64,000 nt of DNA from Candidatus Faecalibacterium intestinavium (GTDB taxonomy: Bacteria > Bacillota > Clostridia > Oscillospirales > Ruminococcaceae). The notes below the pieces were generated by a model. That model did no database searches, was not told the DNA's origin, and saw nothing but the letters and a program-made list of their open reading frames with translations. The translations under genes were made by a program, and so were the position numbers. This document shows, piece by piece, positions 1 through 10,129 of the stretch (the first letter of the stretch is position 1; every line of letters starts with the position of its first letter). The stretch covers positions 45,064 through 109,063 of the forward strand of contig JAHLFH010000012.1 in the NCBI GenBank assembly GCA_018883885.1, read 5' to 3'.

Positions 1-90
1 GCTGCCCTGCGGCAGAAGGCCGAGCGGTTCAATACGGTCATTGATCCGGCTGATATCGCCCGGGTGGCGCTGGGAGAACAGATGAAATAA
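1..90 (+). CDS. 3' end of a CDS truncated by the window edge (possibly threonine synthase C-terminus)
   Basis: Frame 1 reads AALRQKAERFNTVIDPADIARVALGEQMK* with TAA at 88-90; only 29 aa visible, product is a guess. Confidence 0.35.
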   Translation, partial: AALRQKAERFNTVIDPADIARVALGEQMK

Positions 91-131
91 ACCCCATCGG
101 GCCAGCTGCCCGGCAGAACAGGAGAAATGAG

Positions 132-815
132 ATGGCTCTTTTTGTGCTTGGAGACCCCCACCTGTCCCTGGGCGCGTCCAAGCCGATGGATATTTTCCCC
201 GGCTGGAACGGCTATTTGGAACGGCTGGAGCAAAACTGGCGGAAGCTGGTTCGCCCGGAGGACACAGTCGTCGTGGCGGGGGATATCAGCTGGGCGATGC
301 GCTTGTCGGACACCAAAAAGGATTTTGCTTTTTTGCAGAGTCTGCCGGGGCAGAAGCTGATCCTGAAGGGGAATCACGATTACTGGTGGACGACCGCCAA
401 CAAGATGAAGGAGTATTTCCGGGCCGAGGGCTTTGACTCGCTTCATCTGTTTCACAACAATTCTTACAGCGTGGACGGATATTCCCTCTGCGGAACCCGG
501 GGGTGGCTGTTCGACGTGGATGAACCCCACGACGAAAAGGTGATGAACCGGGAGATCGGGCGGCTCCGGATGAGCCTGGACGCCGCGGAACCGGGGCAGG
601 AAAAGCTGGTTTTTCTGCATTATCCGCCGGTTTCCACCAACGTCAGCGCCCCGGAAATCGTGGCGACACTGAAGGAATACGGGGTAAAACGCTGCTTTTA
701 TGGGCATCTGCACGGCACAGCCATCCGCTTTGCCGTCCAGGGAGAGGTCGAGGGGATTACCTATAAACTCATCAGCGCGGACGGGCTGCGCTTCTGTCCG
801 TACAAAATCACCTGA
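132..815 (+). CDS. Calcineurin-like metallophosphoesterase
   Basis: Motifs GDPH, GDISW, KGNHD, GHLH; RBS AGGAG upstream. Confidence 0.85.
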   Translation: MALFVLGDPHLSLGASKPMDIFPGWNGYLERLEQNWRKLVRPEDTVVVAGDISWAMRLSDTKKDFAFLQSLPGQKLILKGNHDYWWTTANKMKEYFRAEGFDSLHLFHNNSYSVDGYSLCGTRGWLFDVDEPHDEKVMNREIGRLRMSLDAAEPGQEKLVFLHYPPVSTNVSAPEIVATLKEYGVKRCFYGHLHGTAIRFAVQGEVEGITYKLISADGLRFCPYKIT

Positions 816-854
816 GTTTAACAAAGAAAATTCCCAAAAAGGTTCAAAAATGGC

Positions 855-883
855 TGGCATTTGCGCCTTGAGCGTGATATAAT
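855..883 (+). promoter_or_regulatory. SigA extended -10 promoter of tig
   Basis: TGaTATAAT at 875-883, weak -35. Confidence 0.55.
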
Positions 884-1013
884 AAACGCTGACGCGATTG
901 TTGCACCCCAGGAGCGTGTGCGCTGATAAGCTCATGTGAATGGCGCACAGCGCAGGTGCGGGGCAGGGCGGACCCGGCCCGGCACCAAATACTTTGAGCG
1001 GAGGAAAAACAAA

Positions 1014-2330
1014 ATGAATCTCATCAAGTGCGAAAAGCTCGAAAAGAGCATGGTTGAGCTGCAGTTCTCCATTGACGCCGAGGCGTTCAAGGCGGAGGTT
1101 GCCAAGGTTTTCAAGACCGAGGGCAAGAAGTATACCGTTCAGGGCTTCCGCAAGGGCAAGGCTCCCCGTTCTCTGATTGAAAAAGTCTACGGCGCCGATG
1201 TGTTCACCTACGACGCCATCAATAATCTGTTCCCGGCCGAGTATGAGGCTGCTGTCGCTGCGGCCGGTGTCGAGGCCGTGGGCCGCCCCGAAGTGACCGT
1301 TGATTCTGCCAGCGAGCAGGATGGCGTGACCCTGACCGTCAAGGTCGCAGTCAAGCCCGAGGTCAAGATCGGCGCTTACGCCGGTTTGAATGTGGACAAG
1401 GTCGTCCATACTGTCAAAGAGTCCGAAATTGAGGACGAACTCAAGCGTGTGCAGGAGCGTGCTGCCCGCGAGATGACCCGCGAGGGCGCAGCCCAGAACG
1501 GCGATATCGTGGACATCGACTTTGAGGGCTTCCAGGATGGCGTTGCGTTTGACGGCGGCAAGGCGGAGCACTACAAGCTGACTCTGGGCAGCGGCAGCTT
1601 CATCCCCGGCTTTGAGGATCAGGTCGTCGGTCACTCTGCCGGCGAGGAGTTCGACATCAATGTGACCTTCCCCACCGAGTACTCCGAGCCTCTGGCCGGC
1701 AAGGACGCCACCTTCAAGATCAAGCTGCACGAGGTCAAGTATAAGGAGCTGCCCGCGCTGGACGACGAGCTGGCCAAGGATTGCTCCGAGTACGACACGC
1801 TGGAGGAGTTCAAGGAGTCCATCCGCAAGTCCAAGCAGGAGCAGCTGGACAAGCAGGATGATCTGGCCGTTGAGAACGCTCTGGTGGACCAGGTTGTCGA
1901 GGGCATGGAGGCTGAGATTCCCCAGGCCATGTACGACACCCGGATGGACGAGATGGTCAACGACTTCGCCTATCGTGTGGAGCAGCAGGGCCTGAGCCTG
2001 GACAACTACCTCAAGTATATGGGCCAGACTCTCGAGCAGTTCCGCGCTTCCTTTATGCCTCAGGCTGAGAAGCAGGTCAAGATCCGTCTGGCGCTGGAAG
2101 CAGTTGCCAACGCGGAGAACATCGCCGCTTCCGACGAGGACGTCGACGCCGAAATCAAGCGGATTGCCGACCAGTACAAGATGGAAGAGGACAAGGTCCG
2201 CGGTCTGGTCAACATGGACGAGCTGAAGAAGGACCTGGCCGTCAACAAGGCCATCGACTTCGTCAAGAGCCACGCCAATGTTACCGAGAAGGCCCCCGAG
2301 GCCGACGAGGAGACCCCTGCCGCCGAGTAA
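1014..2330 (+). CDS. tig: Trigger factor
   Basis: GFRKGKAP ribosome-binding signature, FKBP domain (LGSGSFIPGFE); start moved to ATG 1014 after GGAGG. Confidence 0.97.
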   Translation: MNLIKCEKLEKSMVELQFSIDAEAFKAEVAKVFKTEGKKYTVQGFRKGKAPRSLIEKVYGADVFTYDAINNLFPAEYEAAVAAAGVEAVGRPEVTVDSASEQDGVTLTVKVAVKPEVKIGAYAGLNVDKVVHTVKESEIEDELKRVQERAAREMTREGAAQNGDIVDIDFEGFQDGVAFDGGKAEHYKLTLGSGSFIPGFEDQVVGHSAGEEFDINVTFPTEYSEPLAGKDATFKIKLHEVKYKELPALDDELAKDCSEYDTLEEFKESIRKSKQEQLDKQDDLAVENALVDQVVEGMEAEIPQAMYDTRMDEMVNDFAYRVEQQGLSLDNYLKYMGQTLEQFRASFMPQAEKQVKIRLALEAVANAENIAASDEDVDAEIKRIADQYKMEEDKVRGLVNMDELKKDLAVNKAIDFVKSHANVTEKAPEADEETPAAE

Positions 2331-2396
2331 TTCAGGCCAGGCGATTCCCGCATGCCGAGAAGGGAAGAATTCTTTTCCGGCAGGCAAATGTTGTTT

Positions 2397-2443
2397 AAAT
2401 TGACCGATGCGGCGGTTTAACGCAGTCGCATCGGTCAATTTTG
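2397..2443. terminator. Long stem-loop between tig and clpP
   Basis: AAATTGACCGATGCG...CGCATCGGTCAATTT, 15-bp perfect inverted repeat with a short T run. Confidence 0.55.
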
Positions 2444-2483
2444 CAAAAAATACCCCGAACCATTTTTATGGGAGGCGAATAGT

Positions 2484-3083
2484 ATGAGCTTTGTTCCTTA
2501 CGTTGTAGAGCAGTCGGCCCACGGTGAGCGTTCTTACGACATCTTCTCCCGTCTGCTGAACGACCGTATCATCGTGCTGAGCGAGGATGTTAACGATACC
2601 ACAGCCAGTCTGGTAGTAGCGCAGCTGCTCTACCTCGAAGGCCAGGACCCTGACAAGGACATCAGCCTGTATATTAACAGCCCCGGCGGCTCGATCAGTG
2701 CAGGAATGGCCATTCATGACACCATGCAGTATATCAAGTGCGATGTATCCACCATCTGTATGGGGATGGCGGCGTCGATGGGAGCGTTCCTGCTGGCCAG
2801 CGGCGCCAAGGGCAAGCGGTTTGCTCTGCCCAACGCAGAAATCGTGATCCATCAGCCGCTGATCGCAGGCGGCCAGGGCGGCGGCCTGTCCGGCCAGGCA
2901 ACCGACATCAAGATCCACGCAGACCACATTGTGGCCACCCGCGAGAAGATCAACCGGATGCTCAGCGAATACACCGGCCAGCCCCTGGAACAGGTCCGGC
3001 TGGACACCGAGCGCGACAACTTTATGTCTGCCCAGCAGGCAAAGGAATACGGCCTGGTGGATGAAGTCATCATCCGGCGCTGA
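2484..3083 (+). CDS. clpP: ATP-dependent Clp protease proteolytic subunit
   Basis: [22 protein letters not shown] (catalytic Ser), IHQP. Confidence 0.98.
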   Translation: MSFVPYVVEQSAHGERSYDIFSRLLNDRIIVLSEDVNDTTASLVVAQLLYLEGQDPDKDISLYINSPGGSISAGMAIHDTMQYIKCDVSTICMGMAASMGAFLLASGAKGKRFALPNAEIVIHQPLIAGGQGGGLSGQATDIKIHADHIVATREKINRMLSEYTGQPLEQVRLDTERDNFMSAQQAKEYGLVDEVIIRR

Positions 3084-3109
3084 ACCAAAAGATAAAGGAA
3101 AAAACGGCT

Positions 3110-4435
3110 ATGGTGAATAACAATTCCGGCAGAGACAAAAACGAAAAGGATCTGGTTTGCAGCTTTTGCGGCAAGCACCAGGACGAAGTGGAACGGATGA
3201 TCATTGGCCCTGGCGTCAATATCTGCAGCGAGTGCATCGGCCTGTGCCATGATCTGCTCATGGAAAAACCGGACCGGTCCAGCGGCAACCGTCCCAGCCG
3301 GGGCGGGGCAGCCCGGCCCCAGATGCAGGCCGCCAGCAACCTGTCGGTCAACATCATGACCCCGGCTGAAATCAAAGAGGGGCTCGACCAGTACGTCATC
3401 GGGCAGGACGAGGCAAAACGGGTTCTGGCGGTTTCGGTTTACAACCATTATAAACGCATCCTGAGCGGCAAGGAAAACGACGTGGAGCTGCAAAAATCCA
3501 ACGTTCTGCTGCTGGGCCCGTCCGGCGTGGGCAAGACCCTTCTGGCCCAGACGCTGGCCAAAATGCTGGGCGTTCCCTTTGCCATCGCGGACGCCACCAC
3601 CCTGACGGAGGCCGGCTATGTGGGCGAGGACGTGGAAAACATCCTGCTCAAGCTGATTCAGGCGGCTGATTTCGACGTGCAGCGGGCGCAGATCGGTATC
3701 ATCTATATCGACGAGATCGACAAGATCACCCGCAAGAGCGAAAACCCCTCCATCACCCGCGACGTGGGCGGCGAGGGCGTGCAGCAGGCGCTGCTGAAGA
3801 TTCTGGAGGGCACCGTCAGCAACGTCCCTCCCCAGGGCGGACGCAAGCACCCTCAGCAGGAGTTCATCCAGATCGACACGACCAATATCCTGTTCATCTG
3901 CGGCGGCGCGTTCGATGGCCTGGATAAATACATCCAGCGCCGCACCGATCAATCCGCCCTCGGCTTTGGAAGCACCCTCAAGGACAATTCCAGCGACGCC
4001 CAGAAGGCCCTGCTACGGAAGGTGGAGCCCCACGATCTGGTCAAGTTTGGCCTGATTCCCGAGCTGATCGGCCGTCTGCCGGTGATTACCGTTCTGGATG
4101 CGCTGGATGAGGACACCCTGGTCCGGGTGCTCAAGGAGCCGCGCAACAGCCTTGTCAAGCAGTACAAAGCCCTTCTGGGGATGGATAATGTGGAGCTCAG
4201 CTTCACCGACGAGGCGCTGCGGGCCATCGCCCGCAAGACCATCGAGCGGAAGAGCGGCGCCCGCGGCCTGCGCAGCGTGATGGAAAACCTGCTCATGCCC
4301 ATCATGTACGAGGTTCCCACCGACGCGACCATCATCCGGGTGACCATCGACGAAGACACCGTCGAAGGGGGAGAGCCCCATATGGAATACGGCGCAGTGC
4401 GCAAGCGGTACAAAAATCAGGCGTCCCTTACCTAA
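3110..4435 (+). CDS. clpX: Clp protease ATP-binding subunit ClpX
   Basis: CSFCGK...CSEC zinc finger, [26 protein letters not shown] loop. Confidence 0.98.
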   Translation: MVNNNSGRDKNEKDLVCSFCGKHQDEVERMIIGPGVNICSECIGLCHDLLMEKPDRSSGNRPSRGGAARPQMQAASNLSVNIMTPAEIKEGLDQYVIGQDEAKRVLAVSVYNHYKRILSGKENDVELQKSNVLLLGPSGVGKTLLAQTLAKMLGVPFAIADATTLTEAGYVGEDVENILLKLIQAADFDVQRAQIGIIYIDEIDKITRKSENPSITRDVGGEGVQQALLKILEGTVSNVPPQGGRKHPQQEFIQIDTTNILFICGGAFDGLDKYIQRRTDQSALGFGSTLKDNSSDAQKALLRKVEPHDLVKFGLIPELIGRLPVITVLDALDEDTLVRVLKEPRNSLVKQYKALLGMDNVELSFTDEALRAIARKTIERKSGARGLRSVMENLLMPIMYEVPTDATIIRVTIDEDTVEGGEPHMEYGAVRKRYKNQASLT

Positions 4436-4448
4436 CCTTTGGGCGACA

Positions 4449-4493
4449 GCCCGGCTGAACCCTTTTTGATTGAGGGAAAAGCCGGGCTTTTTT
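4449..4493 (+). terminator. Intrinsic terminator of clpX
   Basis: GCCCGGCT...AGCCGGGC followed by T6. Confidence 0.8.
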
Positions 4494-4505
4494 GCTGCAA
4501 AATTC

Positions 4506-4534
4506 TTGTATAGAGACCCAAAGTGTACTATAAT
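4506..4534 (+). promoter_or_regulatory. SigA promoter
   Basis: TTGTAT-N17-TATAAT. Confidence 0.7.
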
Positions 4535-4679
4535 ATAAGGAGTCTGGCGCGAATGGAGCGGCCGGGCGCTTGCGGTCAACCGTCGGAGGCGCAGTTTCTC
4601 CTCTGGCAGGGAGCCGGCACGCGCAATCCGCCGGGCGGATAGTATAAGGGAATAGAAAGCAGATAAAGGAGTGTTGGAA

Positions 4680-5957
4680 ATGGCAAATTATCTTGCTATG
4701 AGTCAGGAAGAACTGATGGAAGAACAGCAGAAGCTGCGGGTGGAATATCAGACCTACAAAAACATGGGCCTGAACCTGAATATGGACCGCGGCAAGCCCT
4801 GCACCGAGCAGCTGGACCTGTCCAAGGAAATGCTGAAGATGGACAACTACATCGGGGAGGATGGCTTTGACGCCCGCAACTACGGCGTTCTGGAAGGCAT
4901 GCCCGAGGCACGGCGCTTCTTTGCCGAGCTGCTGGGCGCCGATATGGACGAGGTCATCGTGGGCGGCAACTCCTCCTTGCAGCTGATGTATTATCTCATC
5001 GACCTGGGCTGGCGTCAGGGCTTTGTGGATTCTCCGCGCCCCTGGCGTCACTACAACGCCCTGAAGTTCCTCTGCCCGGTGCCCGGTTATGACCGTCATT
5101 TCCGGATCACCGAGTATTTTGGCTTCCAGATGATTAACATTCCCATGACCGAATCCGGCCCCGATATGGATATGGTCGAGGCTCTGGTCCAGAAGGATGA
5201 GAGCATCAAGGGGATGTGGTGCGTTCCTGTTTACTCCAACCCCGACGGCTACTGCTATTCGGCTGAGACGGTTCGCCGTCTGGCCCGGATGAAGACCGCT
5301 GCCCCGGATTTCAAGATCATCTGGGACAACGCTTACCTGGTCCATCACCTGACCGATGAGCAGATCGAGATCCCCGCGCTGCTCTACGAGTGCCAGAAGG
5401 CGGGCAACCCCGAGCGGCCCCTGACCTTCTGCTCCACCAGCAAGATCACCTATCCCGGCGCCGGCGTGGCCGCTCTGGCTGCCAGCGAGCGGAATATCCG
5501 GTATATCCTCAAGAACATGATGCCCATGATCATCAGCTTTGACAAGATGAATCAGCTGCGCCATGTTCAGTACCTCAAGAACAAAGAGGGCGTCCTGGAG
5601 CACATGAAGAAGCACCGCGCCATCCTGGAGCCCAAGTTCAATCTGGTCAAACAGACCTTTGCTGAGCAGCTGTCCCCCTGCGGCGACATCGCCCGCTGGA
5701 CCGACCCCAAGGGCGGCTACTTCATCAGCCTGTATCTGATGGAGGGCTGCGCCAAGCGGACTGTGCAGCTGTGCAAGGAAGCAGGCGTCACCCTGACCGG
5801 CGCTGGCGCGTCTTACCCCTACGGCCTTGACCCCAAGGACAGCCATCTGCGGATTGCGCCGACCTATCCTACGCTGCCCGAACTGAACACTGCGTCTCAG
5901 CTGCTGACCCTCTGTGCCCGCCTTGCGACCATTGAGGTTCTGCTCCAGAATCGCTGA
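4680..5957 (+). CDS. PLP-dependent class I/II aminotransferase (Corynebacterium-type aspartate aminotransferase-like)
   Basis: LNMDRGKP, PGYDRH, YSNPDG, WDNAY, STSKIT (PLP lysine), LRIAPT; RBS AAGGAG. Confidence 0.85.
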   Translation: MANYLAMSQEELMEEQQKLRVEYQTYKNMGLNLNMDRGKPCTEQLDLSKEMLKMDNYIGEDGFDARNYGVLEGMPEARRFFAELLGADMDEVIVGGNSSLQLMYYLIDLGWRQGFVDSPRPWRHYNALKFLCPVPGYDRHFRITEYFGFQMINIPMTESGPDMDMVEALVQKDESIKGMWCVPVYSNPDGYCYSAETVRRLARMKTAAPDFKIIWDNAYLVHHLTDEQIEIPALLYECQKAGNPERPLTFCSTSKITYPGAGVAALAASERNIRYILKNMMPMIISFDKMNQLRHVQYLKNKEGVLEHMKKHRAILEPKFNLVKQTFAEQLSPCGDIARWTDPKGGYFISLYLMEGCAKRTVQLCKEAGVTLTGAGASYPYGLDPKDSHLRIAPTYPTLPELNTASQLLTLCARLATIEVLLQNR

Positions 5958-5967
5958 CCCGTTGACA

Positions 5968-6012
5968 AAATCTCTCTGTATGCGTTTTAAAACCTGTGCA
6001 GAGAGATTTATT
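5968..6012 (+). terminator. Stem-loop after the aminotransferase gene
   Basis: AAATCTCTCTG...CAGAGAGATTT inverted repeat. Confidence 0.5.
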
Positions 6013-6036
6013 ATATAGGGAGGTTTCCAAAATTTT

Positions 6037-8376
6037 ATGAAAACAAAAGGAAAAGCGTGGCATCTGTTTGTCACGGCAATCCTGATTGTAGCGTTTGCCT
6101 GCACCGCGTTCTTTGGCGTCTCGGTTCGATACGGCGACGTTACAAAAACCTATCTCAAGGGCGCGTCCGATATCCGCTTCGGCGTGGATATTCAGGGCGG
6201 CGTCAACGTGACCTTTGTCCCGTCGGACGGCTTTGACGCCTCGGAGGAACAGCTGGAGGCGGCGCAGCTTGTCATCGAAAACCGCCTGGTTGCGCTCAAT
6301 ATTACGGACTACGAGCTGTATGTGGACGCCCAGGACGATAGCCTGATTCTTGAATTTCCGTGGCAGGCAGGGGAGACTGCGTTCGACCCCGAGGCCGCCA
6401 TTGAGGAAATCGGTACGACGGCCTATCTGACCTTCCGGGAGGACAGCGCCAGCGACGGCAAGCTAATCCTGGACGGCTCCATGGTGGAGACGGCCACGGC
6501 CCAGTACGGAGCTACCGCCAACGGCGGCACGTCGGAGTACTATGTCGCCCTCAAGTTTACCAGCGAGGGCGCGGAGGCCTTCGGCGACGCGACCACCCGG
6601 CTTGCTCCGGAGCAGGGGACCATCAGCATCTGGCTGGACGACGAGAACGTCAGCACTGCGACGGTCAATTCCGCCATCACCGGCGGAGAGGCCATCATCA
6701 CGAGTTCCGCATCCGATCCCTTTACCCGGGACGAGGTAATCCGGATGGCGCGTCAGATCAACTCCGGCGCGCTGCCCTTCGCCCTGACGGTGGACAGCTA
6801 CTCCACCATCAGCCCCTCTCTGGGGGAGAACAGTCTGGAAGCCATGGTGTACGCGGGCGTCATCGCCTTTGCGCTGATCCTGATTATCATGACCCTGTTC
6901 TACCGGCTGCCCGGCTTTCTGGCCTGCATTGCGCTGGCCGGTCAGGTTTCGGCGACCCTCGCCTTCGTATCCGGCTATTTCCCGGTGTTTGAGAGCTTTA
7001 CCCTGACGCTGCCCGGCATCGCGGGCATCATCCTCGCCATCGGCATGGGCGTAGATGCAAACGTCATCACCGCCGAGCGCCTCAAGGAAGAACTGCGCAG
7101 CGGCAAATCGCTGGACGGCGCTCTCAAGAGCGGCTTCGCCCGCGGCCTGACCCCCATCATCGACGGCAATGTCACCATCGTGATTGTGGCGGTGGTCCTG
7201 ATGGGCGCGTTCGGTCCGACCGACGGCTTCTTTGCAAAGCTGCTCCATTTTGTATTCTTTGCCTTCGGCCCCTCGACGGCCGGCACGATTTACGCCTTTG
7301 GCTACACCCTTCTGACCGGCGTTCTGCTCAACTTTGTCTTTGGCGTCTTTGCTACCCGGGTCATGATCCGGGGCGCTGCCGCCATCCCGGCCCTGCGCAG
7401 CCCCTGGCTGTATGGCGCTCCCGCCAAATCGGCGGCAGAGGCGAAGCCCGCCAATCTGATGGGGAAGCGGAAACTCTTTGTTTCGATTTCTGCCGCGCTG
7501 ATGGTTCTGATCCTTGCCTGCACGGCGGTCTTTGGCGTCCGGCTGGACACGGAGTTTACCGGCGGCGCCATGATCACCCTGAGCTATACCGGAGAGCTGG
7601 ATCTCTCCGCAGTGGAGCAGACGGCTGAGCAGGCGCTGGACAGCCAGAACCTGACTTTACAGACCGGCGAAAACGTTGCCACCGGCCAGACCACCCTTAA
7701 AATTTCTCTGCCCGGCAGCCGCACCGTCACCACCGACCAGGTGACCGGGCTTCTGGAAGCGCTGGGCAGCCGGTATCCCTCTCAGGAATTCGAGCAGCTT
7801 TCCCTCAGCAACGTGAGCGCGACCATGGGCGCAAAATTCCTTCAAAAGAGCCTTGTGGCGGTGGCCTTTGCATTGGTGCTGATTCTGGTGTATCTTGCGT
7901 TCCGGTTCCGGAACATCGGCGGCCTGACCGGCGGCGTAATGGCCATTCTGGCCCTTGTGTGTGACCTGATGGTGGTGTTCGGGACCTTTGTTGTCCTGCG
8001 GACCGCTCTGGACGGCAATTTCATCGCCGCCATGCTCACCATTCTGGGCTATTCGGTCAACGACACGGTGGTGGTCTATGACCGTATTCGTGAAAACCGG
8101 AAGCTCTTGGGCAAGAAACCGTCCTTTGAAGAACTGGTCAATCTCTCGGTCAACCAGTCCGCCCGGCGGACCGTCATGACCACGGTGACCACGGTGGTGG
8201 CGCTGGCCGTGATGTGCGTACTGTCCCGGCTGTACGGGCTGGACAGCATCTTTACCTTTGTATTCCCCCTGATGGTGGGTATGCTGAGCGGCGTATATAC
8301 CTCGCTGTGCATCTCCACCTCGGCGTGGGTGCTCTGGAACGGGCGCAGATCCGCTGCCCGCCGGGCCGAAAAATAA
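6037..8376 (+). CDS. secDF: Fused protein translocase subunit SecDF
   Basis: FGVDIQGG, INSGALP, GMGVDANV, ERLKEE (SecD); EFTGG, GYSVNDTVVVYDRIRE (SecF). Confidence 0.95.
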   Translation: MKTKGKAWHLFVTAILIVAFACTAFFGVSVRYGDVTKTYLKGASDIRFGVDIQGGVNVTFVPSDGFDASEEQLEAAQLVIENRLVALNITDYELYVDAQDDSLILEFPWQAGETAFDPEAAIEEIGTTAYLTFREDSASDGKLILDGSMVETATAQYGATANGGTSEYYVALKFTSEGAEAFGDATTRLAPEQGTISIWLDDENVSTATVNSAITGGEAIITSSASDPFTRDEVIRMARQINSGALPFALTVDSYSTISPSLGENSLEAMVYAGVIAFALILIIMTLFYRLPGFLACIALAGQVSATLAFVSGYFPVFESFTLTLPGIAGIILAIGMGVDANVITAERLKEELRSGKSLDGALKSGFARGLTPIIDGNVTIVIVAVVLMGAFGPTDGFFAKLLHFVFFAFGPSTAGTIYAFGYTLLTGVLLNFVFGVFATRVMIRGAAAIPALRSPWLYGAPAKSAAEAKPANLMGKRKLFVSISAALMVLILACTAVFGVRLDTEFTGGAMITLSYTGELDLSAVEQTAEQALDSQNLTLQTGENVATGQTTLKISLPGSRTVTTDQVTGLLEALGSRYPSQEFEQLSLSNVSATMGAKFLQKSLVAVAFALVLILVYLAFRFRNIGGLTGGVMAILALVCDLMVVFGTFVVLRTALDGNFIAAMLTILGYSVNDTVVVYDRIRENRKLLGKKPSFEELVNLSVNQSARRTVMTTVTTVVALAVMCVLSRLYGLDSIFTFVFPLMVGMLSGVYTSLCISTSAWVLWNGRRSAARRAEK

Positions 8377-8430
8377 ATCCGCCCATTGGCCCAAATCCGG
8401 GCTGAAACGGCGGATCATGGAGGAAGAAAC

Positions 8431-8892
8431 ATGAAGTGTCCCTACTGCGGCGACGAAGAATCCAAGGTGATCGACTCCCGCCCAACCGAAGACGGTGAAC
8501 GGATTCGCCGCCGCCGGGAATGCCTGCATTGCCACAAGAGATTTACCACCTATGAGATCGTGGAAACGCTGCCTCTGATGGTCATCAAAAAAGACAATTC
8601 CCGCGAAGCATTTGACCGTCAGAAGCTGCTGAACGGTATGCTCCGCTCCTGCGAGAAGCGTCCGGTCAGCTATCAGACGCTGGAGAAGGCCGTCAACAAC
8701 ATTGAGCAGACCCTGCTCAGCTCCTACGATCGGGAAGTCAGCAGCGTCCGCATCGGGGAACTCACCATGCAGGAGCTGAAAAAGATCGACGAGGTGGCCT
8801 ATGTCCGCTTTGCCTCGGTGTACCGCCAGTTTGCAGACGTGGAGAGTTTCTTTACAGAGCTGAGCAAGCTGATGGACGACCGGAAAAACTGA
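8431..8892 (+). CDS. nrdR: Transcriptional repressor NrdR
   Basis: MKCPYC...VIDSR...RRRRECxxC, ATP cone, AYVRFASVY; GGAGG RBS. Confidence 0.97.
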   Translation: MKCPYCGDEESKVIDSRPTEDGERIRRRRECLHCHKRFTTYEIVETLPLMVIKKDNSREAFDRQKLLNGMLRSCEKRPVSYQTLEKAVNNIEQTLLSSYDREVSSVRIGELTMQELKKIDEVAYVRFASVYRQFADVESFFTELSKLMDDRKN

Positions 8893-8908
8893 CGATTCAC
8901 AAAGCCGG

Positions 8909-8958
8909 AAGGACCCGGCGGAAGGTACGATTTCTCTGCCTTCCGCCGGGTCCTTTTC
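8909..8958. terminator. Terminator between convergent nrdR and DUF4363 genes
   Basis: 17-bp perfect stem AAGGACCCGGCGGAAGG/CCTTCCGCCGGGTCCTT. Confidence 0.8.
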
Positions 8959-8962
8959 TGCT

Positions 8963-9331
8963 TTAAACCAGCCTGCGGGAGAGACGGTCCAGCCGTTCCA
9001 CTTCCACGGCAGCCCGGCAGAGCTCGCCGATGGTCTCCTCCAGCGCCTGCTGTTCCAGATAGCCGCAGGCCGCCCGCAGATACGCTTCCAGCTCGGTGAA
9101 ATCCTCTGTGCGGAGAATGGTCTCCATGTGGTGCCGGATGTCCCGGCATCGCTCGGCTCCGTGGCGCATGACCCGCAGAGCGGCAGGGTAGTCCTGCTGT
9201 TCAATGGCCTGTTCTGCCTTGTACAGGACGTCTGAAATCTCGTGGACAAAGATATGAATCTGGGAGGTGCTGTACCAGGCCAGAATCACCACAGCGGCGA
9301 CGATTGCAATACAGGCATATATTCGTTTCAT
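8963..9331 (-). CDS. DUF4363-like small membrane-anchored protein
   Basis: N-terminal hydrophobic helix plus helical domain, directly downstream of the DUF421 gene (common pairing in Clostridia). Confidence 0.6.
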   Translation of the reverse strand: MKRIYACIAIVAAVVILAWYSTSQIHIFVHEISDVLYKAEQAIEQQDYPAALRVMRHGAERCRDIRHHMETILRTEDFTELEAYLRAACGYLEQQALEETIGELCRAAVEVERLDRLSRRLV

Positions 9332-9335
9332 CTTG

Positions 9336-10034
9336 TCACCCCGCTTGAGAACCGCTGTGATGGCGGCTTTCCTTTTTCAGCAGGAAATAGTCTTCGGTGT
9401 CGTTGCCGACCAGAAGCAGGATCTCCTCGGGCAGAAGGGTGTTGGCCGCGGCGGTCCGTTCCAGCCAGGCTCTGTCCTTGCCGCACCAGCGCAGGTTTTC
9501 CTCCAGAATCTGCCCGTCCAGAACAAAGGGAACGGTGGCGTTGGCCTGCTTTGCCTCCACCTTCAGATCGGCAAGGGTAGGGGTGTCCTGGTCCGGTTTA
9601 CGCGCAACGGAAAGGCTGCCGTTTGTTTCGATCACCGCGTAGGAAACAAGACGCGGATCAAAGATATCCTTGCCGCGGAGGGCTTCCATCAGGTCGGCAA
9701 CGGTGAGCCGCAGGGTGCGCAGAGCCTCCTGGTCAATGATGCCGTCCTGGATGACCGCCTTGGGCCGGCCCGCCATAAGATTGGAGAATTTCTGGCTGTG
9801 GAAGCTGAGGATCGAGCCGAACAGCTCCATGGCGGCGATCAGAAAAAGGGGAATCAGGCTGGCGGTGATGGGCACATCCTCTGATTCGATGGAGATGGAG
9901 GCGAGGTTGGAAATCAGGATGGTGGAAACCAGTTCTTCGGGCTGGAGTTCCCCCAGCTGGCGCTTGCCCATCAATCGCATGGCAAACAGAACGCACAGAT
10001 AAATCAGAACGGTTCGGACGATCAGCAGCTTCAA
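9336..10034 (-). CDS. DUF421 (YetF/YrbG-like) spore membrane protein
   Basis: MRLMGKRQLGEL, three TM helices, ETNGSLSV, VLDGQI; TTG start after AGGAGG. Confidence 0.88.
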   Translation of the reverse strand: MKLLIVRTVLIYLCVLFAMRLMGKRQLGELQPEELVSTILISNLASISIESEDVPITASLIPLFLIAAMELFGSILSFHSQKFSNLMAGRPKAVIQDGIIDQEALRTLRLTVADLMEALRGKDIFDPRLVSYAVIETNGSLSVARKPDQDTPTLADLKVEAKQANATVPFVLDGQILEENLRWCGKDRAWLERTAAANTLLPEEILLLVGNDTEDYFLLKKESRHHSGSQAG

Positions 10035-10073
10035 GGGTCGATTCCTCCTTGGCATTTTCGGGCGGTGTTCTGG

Positions 10074-10103
10074 GTATGAACCGGAGAGGCGCCGGGCATA
10101 CTG
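10074..10103. promoter_or_regulatory. Palindromic bidirectional SigG-type promoter
   Basis: GTATG-N18-CATAC reads the same on both strands (+ CATACTG, - CATACCC); matches GHATR-N18-CATAHTA consensus. Confidence 0.55.
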
Positions 10104-10129
10104 TAAGGCAAAAGGACGGTGTTGCAAAG

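Noticed and set aside
4585-4615. Purine riboswitch suggested by AGTTTCT
   Set aside because: Missing the TATAAT/ATATGG/CCGTAAA elements and the three-way junction.
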